A model generated the notes under the pieces. That model did not search any database. It was not told the origin of the DNA and worked only from the letters and a program-made list of their open reading frames with translations. Shown piece after piece: positions 54,074 to 64,000 of a stretch of 64,000 nucleotides of DNA (the stretch's first letter is position 1; every line of letters starts with the position of its first letter). The position numbers and the translations under genes were made by a program. This stretch comes from Antechinus flavipes (Eukaryota): NCBI RefSeq assembly GCF_016432865.1, contig NC_067401.1:191394001-191458000 (forward strand). The letters are read 5' to 3'.

Positions 54074-55544
54074 TCTACCCAGCCTCATTGACATCTCTCA
54101 ACCCTACCGCTATCATCCTCAACCCTGGACCACAGAGACCAGATGTCGCTGAGGGACCAAGGGACTGACTTCTCTGTGGGAATGATTTCCACCCCTACCT
54201 ATCATTCTTCTGGAGAGGGAGCTGGGGACCCTCAAACTCTTCTTCCCTTTCTGCTGGGGCAATGCCTCTTGTATGTCTCCCCAAGGCCCTCCTTTGAGGG
54301 CCCTCACCTCTCATTTCCCACTTTGGGGTGCTATCCCCATCTTCTGCCTCATTCCCATTCCCCTGAGCACTGGGGGACAGTTCCCACTCCCATCTTGGGG
54401 GATGTGACACCTCCAAACTCTCAACTTCAGGGTGATTTTTTAGCTGTACCAGAGCCGACAATCTAACTTCCCCCATCCCCCCATTTTGGCCTCCCCTGCC
54501 CCCCTTGTTTTGGGGAAAGGTCCCCAGATGGGGGTCCTACTCCCCTTTGATTTCTCAGGAGCGCCTGGGGGGGGCTCAGCACGCACAAACTCCCTTTCCT
54601 TCCACCACTCTTCTTAAACTTACTCCCTCTTGCCTTGACCCTAGATGGGGAGGAGGGGGCCTCTAGGGGCAGGGAAGGAGAGGTTGGGCAGGGGGGATGG
54701 GTGTCTCCTCCCCTTCCTCCTACACCTGATCTGCTCTTGGCTGGTCCCAGAGCGGGGTGAGGGGTCTTATGCCCCAGCCTCCCCTGGTGTGTGGGTGGGT
54801 GGGTGGGTGGGAGAATTGAGGCAACAGGGAGAATCTGGGGGTTCTGAGGGTGGTGTGTGTTTATGGGGACACCAATTTATCTGCCTCCCCTAAAATCTCT
54901 CCTCCTTCCTTCCTGCTCTGTCTCCCTCCCCTTGGTCTCTACTCTCAGGGGGAGGGGGGAAATTTAATCTAGGAAAAGCCATGTCTCTCTCCCCCAAGGG
55001 TAGGGTGGCATAGGGGGGCCCCTTCCAAGTCTCTGTCCCCTTGGGAGGTGGGACAGGGCTCGGCTTCCTTCTTCCCCTCCCCATTCCCCCTTCTCTTATC
55101 ACTAGCTCCACAATTTTTCGGTGTTTCTCTCTGTACATATCTCTTTGGTGGGATGGGAAAGGTAGGATGGATGAGGTTTTGGGGGAGGTGGGCCATGGGG
55201 GAGGAGAGGAATCCCCTTTTTGGTATCCCTTTCCCCTGACTGCCATCCCCCCTCCCTGCCTTGCTCTTTTCTTCTTTTGTTTGGTATTGGGGCCCTTGCT
55301 CTACTGCCCTGCCCCATCTACCCATATTATTCTTTTGTATGGACAGTTCTCCCACAATTCCACTCTCCTCACATAACAAGCCGGGGCCGAATTTATAGTA
55401 TATAGAAGTTGTAAATATGTGAAATTTTATCCCTGTGCCCTTATCTCCTTTGCTCTCCCTTACTTTAGGCCCCATTTCAGTGCCCCTTTTCCTGTCCCCT
55501 CTGGCTGTTGTAATTATCTAGGGTTTGTACTGTATATATCCAGG

Positions 55545-55638
55545 GTGTGTGTATGTATGTATGTGTGTGTGTGTGTATGTGCGCGCGCGCGTGTGCGCGC
55601 TTGTGTGTGTGCGCTTGTGTGTGTGTGTGTGCGTGCGC
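55545..55638. repeat. Alternating purine-pyrimidine (GT/GC/AT) tract in SYNGAP1 3'UTR
   Basis: Unbroken RY alternation 55545-55600 including (GC)5, then further GT/GC runs. Confidence 0.9.
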
Positions 55639-55887
55639 TGGGGGGGGGTGTGATTCCTCTGTACAAAATTTCCTGTGCTCCCCATTCACCCTTCTAAGGG
55701 TGGGAGACTTGCCCTACCTCCAGTTATTTTTTTTTCTCATTCTATGCCCCAAATCCATCCACAGCCATCTTACCACCTCCCCTCCACACACACCCCCACC
55801 CCCATCCCTGCCTTTAGCCTATTTTTTCCACTCCCAGCCCCATTTCCTTTTTTTCTGGAGTGTGTGGTGAAGCAGAAAATCATGTTT

Positions 55888-55893
55888 AATAAA
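55888..55893 (+). terminator. SYNGAP1: SYNGAP1 polyadenylation signal AATAAA
   Basis: AATAAA about 1.8 kb after the alpha2 stop, followed by U-rich sequence. Confidence 0.7.
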
Positions 55894-56345
55894 AGGAGAT
55901 TGTTCTTTTATTGCTGTGCTCCTGACTTTCTCCCTGCCCAACCCATGCAGGATCCCCATAGTAGTAGTGAGATCTCCTCAGTGAAAGCAAGACTGGGAGC
56001 CATTGGCTACATTATTTCACCTCTATAATGTCACAAGTTCTCTGACTTGACTACTCTTGATTAATTTTAATGTTATTAAGGGCTGGCATTCTGGGAGAAG
56101 GATCCTCCCTTTTCACCCAGAAGAGTCTCTTTTTAGGCTGTCTCCCTGCCCTAAATTTGAAACTCGCCTTACCTCTAATGGAACTTCTTGTCTTTGCCCT
56201 GTATATATCAGGGCAAATGCCAAGGATGGCCAGACTGACCAAGAGGTAGGGGTCTAGGAATGACTGATATTTGGATAAAGGGCTGCAATAAATTTATTTT
56301 TCAAAAACATTACCCCCACGTTTTTTTTTCTCTATTGTTGGGTAA

Positions 56346-56575
56346 GGGCAGCTAGGTGGGAAAGTGGATAGGATGCCTGATCTGGAGTCAGGAAGACTCA
56401 TCTTCCTGAGTTCAAATGTGACCCAGACATGTGCTGTCACTAAGACTGGACAAATCACTTTATCCTGTTTACCTGTCTCCTCATCTGTCAAAATGAGCTG
56501 GAGAAGGAAATAGTAAACCAATATCTTTGCCAAAAAAAACTCAAATGGGGTCATGAAGTCAAACATGACTAATAT
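56346..56575 (+). mobile_element. MAR1-type CORE-SINE
   Basis: gggcagctaggtgg...gagtcaggaagactcatcttcctgagttcaaat...ctcatctgtcaaaatgagctggagaaggaaat...atctttgccaa...aaatggggtcatgaag. Confidence 0.85.
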
Positions 56576-56964
56576 CAAGTAGTTGGCACTTTTGTGTCTC
56601 AGGTTCTTGCATTTTGTATCTTGGTGTTGGTAGTTGTGAAGGCAATCCTCAAGGTTCCCAAAAGATGGGTTCCCTATACTTTTAATGACAGACTAATATA
56701 ATTCATAATGGTAATTTTTATTGCAGTTGTTTCAAGATTGATAAAAATTAAAGCCTTGGCTTTAGGATCAGAATTTGACTATCTTTGGAACAAGTTGATT
56801 TATCTGCTGAAGATAATAAAGGACATCTCCCTTCTCATTTCTTCTCCTCTTCCCAGCTCATCTCCCCCATAATGGTTAAGTCTTACTGTCCCTTCTCTTA
56901 AATGGGTACTAAGAGCCAATGTCCTTTTCCCCCTAACACTTGGTGAACCCTGATAAAGATGGCC

Positions 56965-57530
56965 TTTTAAATTTTTTAAAAATTTTATTCCCTTAACAGT
57001 ATTTTTTTTTTCAATTACAATATATAGTTTTCAACATTCATTTTTATGAGATTTGGAGTTCCAAATTTTTCTTTCTAAGAAAACAATTTTGATACATGTA
57101 TAATCATGTTAAAACATTTTCACCTTAGTCAATATTGTGAAAGAAGAAAAGGGGGGGGGGAAGCAAGTGAAAATAGTTTGAGTTATATTCAGACCCTATG
57201 GTTTTATTTTTGTTTTTCTGGATGTGAATAGCATTTTCCATACTGAATCTTTTGGAAAGTCTTGGATCACTATCGCTGAGAAGAGCTAAGTATCATAATT
57301 GATCATCGAACAATGTTGCTGTTGATGTTACTGTGCACAATGTTCTCCTGGTTCTGCTCACTTTACTCAGCATCAGCCTATATATGCCTTTAAAAGGATT
57401 ATTTTTCTGAAATCATTTCTTAAAGCACAATACATTCAAATAGTAAATTGTTCAGTCTTTCCCCAATTGATGGGCATCACCTCAATTTCCAATTCTTTGC
57501 CAGAAGGTGGCCAATCCTAAAGAGGCTTGT
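56965..57530 (-). mobile_element. L1 3'UTR fragment, antisense, directly upstream of the ZBTB9 promoter
   Basis: T-rich head, then ttttcaacattcattttt...gagttccaaatttt...aatgttgctgttgatg...acaatgttctcctggttctgctcacttt...ccccaattgatgggcatc. Boundaries approximate. Confidence 0.75.
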
Positions 57531-57995
57531 ATATTGTATACTCTGCAAAAACTGATTAATGATTGGTCGCCATGCTAGGCCCCGCCCAATCGTGTTCAAG
57601 CTGGTTTTCTGGCGTGGAGGTGGTGGTGCGTTTCCTGCTCGCTGAGAGCTTTGAGTGCTTGCCTGGAGGTATAGTTGGGGACGGGAGGAGGGGTTTGCAG
57701 GCTCCAGGTAACGGGAGGCTGGGGAAGGGGCGGCCCGAGAGCCCCACGAAAGCCTGAGAGTAAGCTCGGGATGGCGCGGGTGGGGTTCCCGTTTCCGGAA
57801 CCGGAGGGCGGCCACTTGGGGACAGCCGAGGCATTACTGGCCGAGGCCGGGGTCCGAGGCTAGGACGCTGTGCCGGGAGTGGAGTCCGAATCGGCCGTCC
57901 ACCCCCAGACCAAGAGCCACACCCAGGAAGCCGGTGGGCGGCAGCGGAGGGGAGGAGAGAGAGGGTCCGGGGGACTGAAAGTTGGGCAAATCAAG
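57500..57995 (+). promoter_or_regulatory. ZBTB9: ZBTB9 CpG-island promoter and non-coding first exon(s)
   Basis: CCAAT/ATTGG at about 57511, 57562 and 57586, a GC box, and ETS-like TTCCGGAA. Candidate donors after 57707, 57759 and 57995; acceptor TCCACAG| at 58064. Confidence 0.7.
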
Positions 57996-58169
57996 GTAAA
58001 GCCGTGGGGAACGCAGAGTTGTCCCGGCCGTTGGCATCTTTGACTCCCTGTCTTTCCTCCACAGCCTCTGTCTGGGCGTGAAAAGCCTTTCCTCATCGGT
58101 TTCCTGTAGCGCCACTTCCCCTCTACCGGCCCCTCCTCTCTGCCCATCCCTGACCCTCCTGGGGACACC

Positions 58170-59564
58170 ATGGATCCCCCAACCCCTTTGGCTCCGGTTC
58201 CCCCTCCCCCAGTGTGTGCCCCGGCTCCCTCAGGAGTTTTGACCCCCCGGACAATTCAGATCGAGTTTCCTCAGCATAGCTCTTCACTTCTGGAGGCCCT
58301 AAACCGCCACCGTTTGGAAGGGAAGTTCTGCGATGTGTCCCTCCAAGTTCAGGGCCGGGAGCTCCGGGCCCACAAGGCAGTGCTGGCTGCTGCATCTCCC
58401 TATTTTCATGACAAGTTACTTCTGGGAGATGCCCCAAAGCTCACTCTGCCAAATGTCATAGAAGCGGACGCCTTCGAGGGGCTACTTCAGCTGATCTACT
58501 CCGGGCGCCTACGCCTGCCGCTCGAGGCGCTGCCGTCTCACCTCCTGGTGGCCAGCGGGCTCCAGATGTGGCAGGTTGTGGATCAGTGCTCTGAGATCCT
58601 CAGAGAGCTCAGCGGAGGAACGACCAACCACACCCTCTTCCTCTCTTCCTCTTCTCCCCGAGTCTGGTGTTCCCGCCCGGCTCCTCCGCAGCCTCCTGTA
58701 CAACCCCCGGCACCAACCGAGAACCCTGGGGGAGCAATGGGGGGGGAGCTGGGAGAAGTGCTGAAAATTCAGGTAGAGGAAGAAGAGGAAGAAGAGGAGG
58801 AGGAAGAAGATGAAGAAGAACAAAAAATGTTATCAGTTGTCCCTCAAGTCCCACAAAGAGTGGGAGGAGGGACCCCTCGTCCTCGTGCCCACAATTCACT
58901 GCCTATACCTAACACTACCCGAAGGTTACCAGATGGTGAAGGAGTTCCAGCTGAACCTCCCATCTTTTCTACACCTCTGCCTCCCAAAATTTTTTACATT
59001 AAGCAAGAGAAGCTTGACCGTGAGGAAGAAGTGGTTGGGGGTGGGGGCCAACCTGAGAGAGATTTGGAGGAGTCCAGAGAAGCATTTTCTGGTGGGACAG
59101 GAGGAGGGGAGCTTGGATTTCTGCTGCCCCCCGGTGCAGAGGGAGCTTCCAGTGGAGGTGGCCCATCATGGAAACCAGTAGATCTGCATGGGAATGAAAT
59201 CTTATCTGGGGGTGGTGGACCAGGAGGGACCGGACAAGCTGTGCATGGACCAGTAAAGCTAGGGGGAGCACCTCCCCCTGATGGCAAGCGATTTGGCTGC
59301 CTGTGTGGGAAGCGGTTTGCAGTGAAGCCAAAACGAGACCGACACATAATGCTGACTTTTAGTCTCAGGCCTTTTGGCTGTGGTGTCTGCAACAAACGAT
59401 TCAAACTCAAACACCATCTGACTGAGCACATGAAGACACATGCTGTAGCCCTGCATGCCTGCCCCCACTGTGGTCGAAGATTCCGTGTCCATGCCTGTTT
59501 CCTTCGGCACCGAGAGCTCTGCAAAGGCCAAGGTTGGGCTACTGCTCATTGGACATACAAGTGA
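58170..59564 (+). CDS. ZBTB9: Zinc finger and BTB domain-containing protein 9, single coding exon, 464 aa
   Basis: BTB domain (GKFCDVSL...AHKAVLAAASPYF), poly-Glu stretch, C2H2 fingers (CGVCNKRFKLKHHLTEHMKTH), C-terminus GQGWATAHWTYK*. Confidence 0.97.
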   Translation: MDPPTPLAPVPPPPVCAPAPSGVLTPRTIQIEFPQHSSSLLEALNRHRLEGKFCDVSLQVQGRELRAHKAVLAAASPYFHDKLLLGDAPKLTLPNVIEADAFEGLLQLIYSGRLRLPLEALPSHLLVASGLQMWQVVDQCSEILRELSGGTTNHTLFLSSSSPRVWCSRPAPPQPPVQPPAPTENPGGAMGGELGEVLKIQVEEEEEEEEEEEDEEEQKMLSVVPQVPQRVGGGTPRPRAHNSLPIPNTTRRLPDGEGVPAEPPIFSTPLPPKIFYIKQEKLDREEEVVGGGGQPERDLEESREAFSGGTGGGELGFLLPPGAEGASSGGGPSWKPVDLHGNEILSGGGGPGGTGQAVHGPVKLGGAPPPDGKRFGCLCGKRFAVKPKRDRHIMLTFSLRPFGCGVCNKRFKLKHHLTEHMKTHAVALHACPHCGRRFRVHACFLRHRELCKGQGWATAHWTYK

Positions 59565-62500
59565 TAGCTAAGGTTAGACACAGACTCCCCTTAAAATAAG
59601 TGGGCAACTTTATGATGATCTTTATGGTCCCCCAACTTTGCAAATCTTTAAAACAATCCACTTAGATTGTCTGGCAGATGATCTAAGTCAGGCCAAGGGA
59701 AATTGATTCTTGTAAACCAGAATACCTATTTAATTGAAGAATTTATAAGAATGCCCACTCAGGAAGCTAAATTTCAGTTGAGAAAATTTGTACAACAAAG
59801 GAATGGTCTTAAAAATCTGTTTAACTTGTTTTATATTGGATGTTAGAAGATTCCTACTTTCCAGATCTGTTGAAGGAATTAAATTCAGGCACTCAAAAAC
59901 TAATAGGCCAATTTGGTGACTGTTGTACAGAAAAACCAAGGCTTGCCTTCTAACTATTTTATAGCAGATTTGCGTGTTTACATGATTCTTTGACACTGTG
60001 ACCCACTTTAGGAATTAGAGTTTTTTATAACTGAGATGGACTGGTTCCTACTCATGTCACCTATGATCTTGTTCCATTGCCGAAGGCTTATTTTCTATAA
60101 CACCTGTGTATTCCAGTAGTCTGGAGAATGTAGTTATAGTAACAAGTGGTCACACTTACTGCAATGTGTCAACCACTGACCCCAGGACACTCGTTTTTTT
60201 CCTGTCCCTAATCACTGCATACAGAACATAAAAAGGTGACTGTGTTTAGAAAGACTCCAGGGCTGGGATCATATGACTGAATTTGAAGAGAGATTTGACA
60301 GAAGTGCCCAGTCTCAGGATATAACATAGTGACACTATCCCCATCTTCACACAACTTTTACTATTTCAAACAAATACAGTTCTGAACTCCTACTAGTAAA
60401 TATGAGTTGATCATATGTCTGGATATGAGAGTAGATCTGGGATGACTAGTGGTGTGTGAGATTTAGAATTAAGAATGTTAAATAGTTTAGAGGTAGAGAT
60501 ATTATGTGAGTTTATGTCTGCTTGCTTTCCATGCCTTACATAGGGATTATATGTACTAACACTCTTATGTGCTTCTACTGCATTTATTCTATCTGAATGC
60601 TTAGGAAAATGTCATTTAAATAAATGAGGACATGTTTATTTCTCAGTAAAATGAAGGGATTGGACTAGATCAGATTAGAAAAATGGTTCCATAATTAAAA
60701 AAAAATTTTTTTTTTACTAGTATATAAACTTTTTGCTAATGGGCTCTTAAAATTTGTAAGTTTAAAAAACTGTTCTCCCTTCTTGTTGTTCTTAGCTATT
60801 CCTTCAAGTCCTTGACTCTGAACCATGGAAATCATTATGCTAAATCTGTTAGAAAATTCTGTCACTGAATTTGATTTGGGACACACTGAATTACCAGAAT
60901 TCTAAGGTCCCTTGTTCTAACATTAAGTCCTAGAATCACTGCCTGAAGAGGTAAATAAAGTAAGGTGAAAATTCTATTTAGTCCCACCACTCACTTCAGC
61001 AGTCTAAAGATACATTTAAGAAGTGAAAAGATGGACTATATTAACATTTTCACCAGAAGGTGAGCAAAGGCCAGAAGAGTAGACAAGATACACTCAATTT
61101 TGTCATTGTATCACCTAATGAGGGAAAGCAGAATAAAAATAATCTGGATTCTTATCAACAGATTCTATTCATCTTTTACTCTTCTATTTTAATTCAAAAT
61201 CCTTTGTAAAGGTATGCTTTATAAAAATTGCTTTTGAAGCTTGTAAAGATTCATGTCTTACTCAAGTTTGGGCACTTCACTGATACATATTGTAGGCCTT
61301 CCATAACTTGTTCATTGTTAATTTTGACTATCATTAACCAAAAATGCTCCACAGATGATCTATGTTAAACTACTACTAGAAGAAATTGAAATTTACAAAA
61401 CATTAAATAAACCCTTACCCCAACCTCCTACTAGTGCTTTTATGTCCTGATTTAAGTTACATCTGGATGACCAGTATACAGGTTACCCTAGGAGTAAGAA
61501 ATAAGAGTGCTTCCAGCCTAGGCAGTGATGAACCGATACTAATAGGATCCTTCAGCAATTATGGAAAATATAACCTGAAAGCCAAACACCTGCCCAGGTA
61601 TGGCTGTATAAATGAAACCTATACAAAATCAATTTATAGCCTCTACACACCCAATGAACCCATCTTAAAATTTGGTTACAGCTCTAAAACAATTCATCTG
61701 ATACCTAAAAATCTTGATATCTGAAGGTAATACAAGTATGGACCTATAAGAAGTATAACATTTTATCAAGGTCAAGCAATTTTGAGTTATTTCTGTTTTT
61801 CTAATTCTGAATTAAAAAGAGCTGTCCAAAACAGCAATGAGCTATATCAGGAGATGAATATCTTGGGTGTGAAGCAAAGTCTTTAAAAAGAGCTTGGAAC
61901 ACCATTTATCAGGGATGCTACAAAGGGAACTCTTGTGCAAATATAGGTTGGATTAACCAGATGGCCTCGAACATCTCTTCCAACTCAGAATTTATGATTT
62001 TCAACATTAAACAAAGCAGTTAATAGGGAGCTCCATTATAACAGACTTACAAGAGTATCCCAAAACAAATGGATGTGTATATGAACTAAACAATAACACC
62101 ATCTAAGGCAAAATCTGGGTACTAGCAACTTCCCAAAGTATGGTCCCAGCAAGAGCATTCAGTGCTTGAGAGGAGGCAACAGATGGAGGAAACTGTATAG
62201 TAGCCTTAAAATCAGGGCTTCGCTTTTTCCAACAAATTTGTATAAAACAAGTATAGGTTTAATTAATAGAGGGTGTTTTGTTTTTGGAATGAAGTTTTTG
62301 AAAAAAATGGGTTATTTTAGCTAGATCAATGAAAAACTTAAACCATTAGGTTATATAGCTAACTCAGTTTTCAACTTCCTTTTAGCTATTAGAGGATAGG
62401 ACCAGGGAGCAGCCATGAACCTTCATCATCCCATGAGTCAAGGGAATTGTAAGGGTGGTCCGAACTTGGAAGCTGATCTGGGTGGGGTCCCTTCCTTTTT

Positions 62501-62739
62501 CCTTTCTACAGCTTGTTTTCCTATCCAGAGTCCTCTTCCCTCTCCTGTTTCCAAGTTCCAAGGAACCTTTCTCATTTAGGGCATTTCCTAGAAGGCTTCT
62601 CTGTATTACCATCCTATCTTTTTTTCCCCTTCCATCTTCCTTTAGAAACCTTACCTAGTTGGCAGGGGAAAAATGCCAGCTAATAGTCTTGGATTCTACT
62701 TTGGAACTATCCTGTAGAATAAAAGTATTGTAAAGGCAA

Positions 62740-63110
62740 TATGACATAGTGTGGTAAACACTGGATTTGGAGTCAGAAGACCCATGATTAAATTCTTGCT
62801 TTTGTTTCTTACCACCTATATGACTCCCTCAGTTTTCTCCTCTGTAAAATGAGAAAGTTGAAATGGTTTCTAATAATATCCAATATTTACATAGCATTTT
62901 TAAGGTCTGCAAAGCACTTTACAAATATTGTCTCTTTTGAGCTTCACAACAACCCTAGGATGTAAGTGCTTTTATTATCATCATTTTACAGATGAAACTG
63001 AAGTAGAGGTGAAGTGGCTTGCCTGGATCACATGACTATCTGAAACTGGATTTGAACTTGGGTCTTCCTTACTTCCTTACTCCAGATCTAGCACTCTGTC
63101 CATTGTGTCA
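62740..63110. mobile_element. Adjacent MIR-type SINEs in opposite orientations
   Basis: Plus-strand ctggatttggagtcagaagac...ctcagttttctcctctgtaaaatgag followed by minus-strand ttttacagatgaaactgaag...gcctggatcacatgactatctga. Confidence 0.6.
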
Positions 63111-64000
63111 CCTAAATTTACCTTTATAAATCTGTTTAGCCTCTCAGTTTGTTAATTTAATGGAGATGTGCCAGCCCTTTCCCACAAGAATTTTCTTATT
63201 ATTTTTAGAGTCTATTAAGGTGCACAAGATTTAACAAACACTTTGACTCATTCTACCAATTGGAAATCAGTCAACAGAAATCACTTTGATCTCATTGTAA
63301 TACAAGCAGTTTGATTAGGTTTTGGAGAAGGAATGTTAAGATCACTGCCCAAAGTTACTTTCCAAGCCAAAGTTTTATCACACCTCCTCACAGGAATAAC
63401 GAGATAACTAGAAGCTTAAGAGTACTCAAGTCCAGCTACTATTTCAGATCTAGCTACTATTCATAGTAGATTTCAGCTACTATTTTGATCTAGTGGAAAT
63501 CATTAAATTGAGGGAGGTAGGTCTTGTCACAGATAATGATCACCAAAACAGTATCTTACAAATTAGGTCTTCAGAATTACTTGGCACTGAAATACTGGAC
63601 TGGGTGACCCTGCAGAGAAGGGTGAGGTATAAGAGGCTGCAGATCAACCTGGCTTAGTCAATCAGATTTGAAGTTTCATTCAGCTGAAATGTGGCTGATA
63701 CAAGAAAGATTACTGTATATTTTGGGGTCTGGGAAGATCACTATTTAACTATATTCAATTTTTTGTCTTTAGCTACTACCTCCATTCTCAGTACTTTATT
63801 AACTTCTTTGGGCAACTGAATTTTGACACAATTTTCCATAAACCTTCATGACTATCAAAGGCCTGATAATATCAATTCTCTGCTACTCGTGGCTAATTTT
63901 GGCCTAACAAATAACATCAATTAACATGGGTCTTTCATCAGCCAGCACACCATATGTGAAACCATGTTACAGTGAAATTTTGAATACTTTGGATAAGTTC

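Noticed and set aside
59370-59375. Atypical first ZBTB9 finger (CxC with a single His)
   Set aside because: As I recall this is identical in human ZBTB9, so it is a known family feature rather than a lesion. Coordinates are approximate.
63434-63490. Three agctactatt copies with short variable spacers
   Set aside because: The 10-bp unit and 8-13 bp spacers are far too short for a CRISPR-like array; probably a decayed local repeat.
59600-64000. Possible further gene downstream of ZBTB9
   Set aside because: Only short AT-rich ORFs and SINE remnants; no exon I could support.

Overview
A mammalian genomic window with no sign of prokaryotic systems. The tRNA-derived CORE-SINEs of WSINE1/MAR1 type and the L1 style point to a marsupial, probably a dasyurid such as Tasmanian devil or dunnart; the species is an inference. 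It carries the conserved extended-MHC class II block KIFC1(+), PHF1(+), CUTA(-), SYNGAP1(+), ZBTB9(+). I traced every coding exon by hand. All have GT-AG boundaries with consistent phases, giving intact ORFs: KIFC1 667 aa, PHF1 567 aa, CUTA 166 aa, SYNGAP1 A-alpha2 1346 aa and ZBTB9 464 aa. An extra CpG island at 480-900 probably belongs to the next upstream gene, DAXX by synteny, and is separated from the KIFC1 promoter almost entirely by one L1 fragment. I found no wholly new gene family or system. The most interesting signals are regulatory or isoform-level. They include an 11-nt microexon route to the SynGAP PDZ ligand using only canonical splice sites, substitutions that preserve minor SynGAP reading frames at the cost of the main frame, and a Cys-rich SynGAP-B first exon. 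There are also an AP-1/CCAAT/GC/CRE/MEF2 module in SYNGAP1 intron 5, RFX boxes in intron 3, a poison-type 3' splice site at exon 11, an open PHF1a-like alternative frame and a helically phased RRATCT array upstream of SYNGAP1. All comparisons with human or rodent sequences are from memory and need checking by alignment.
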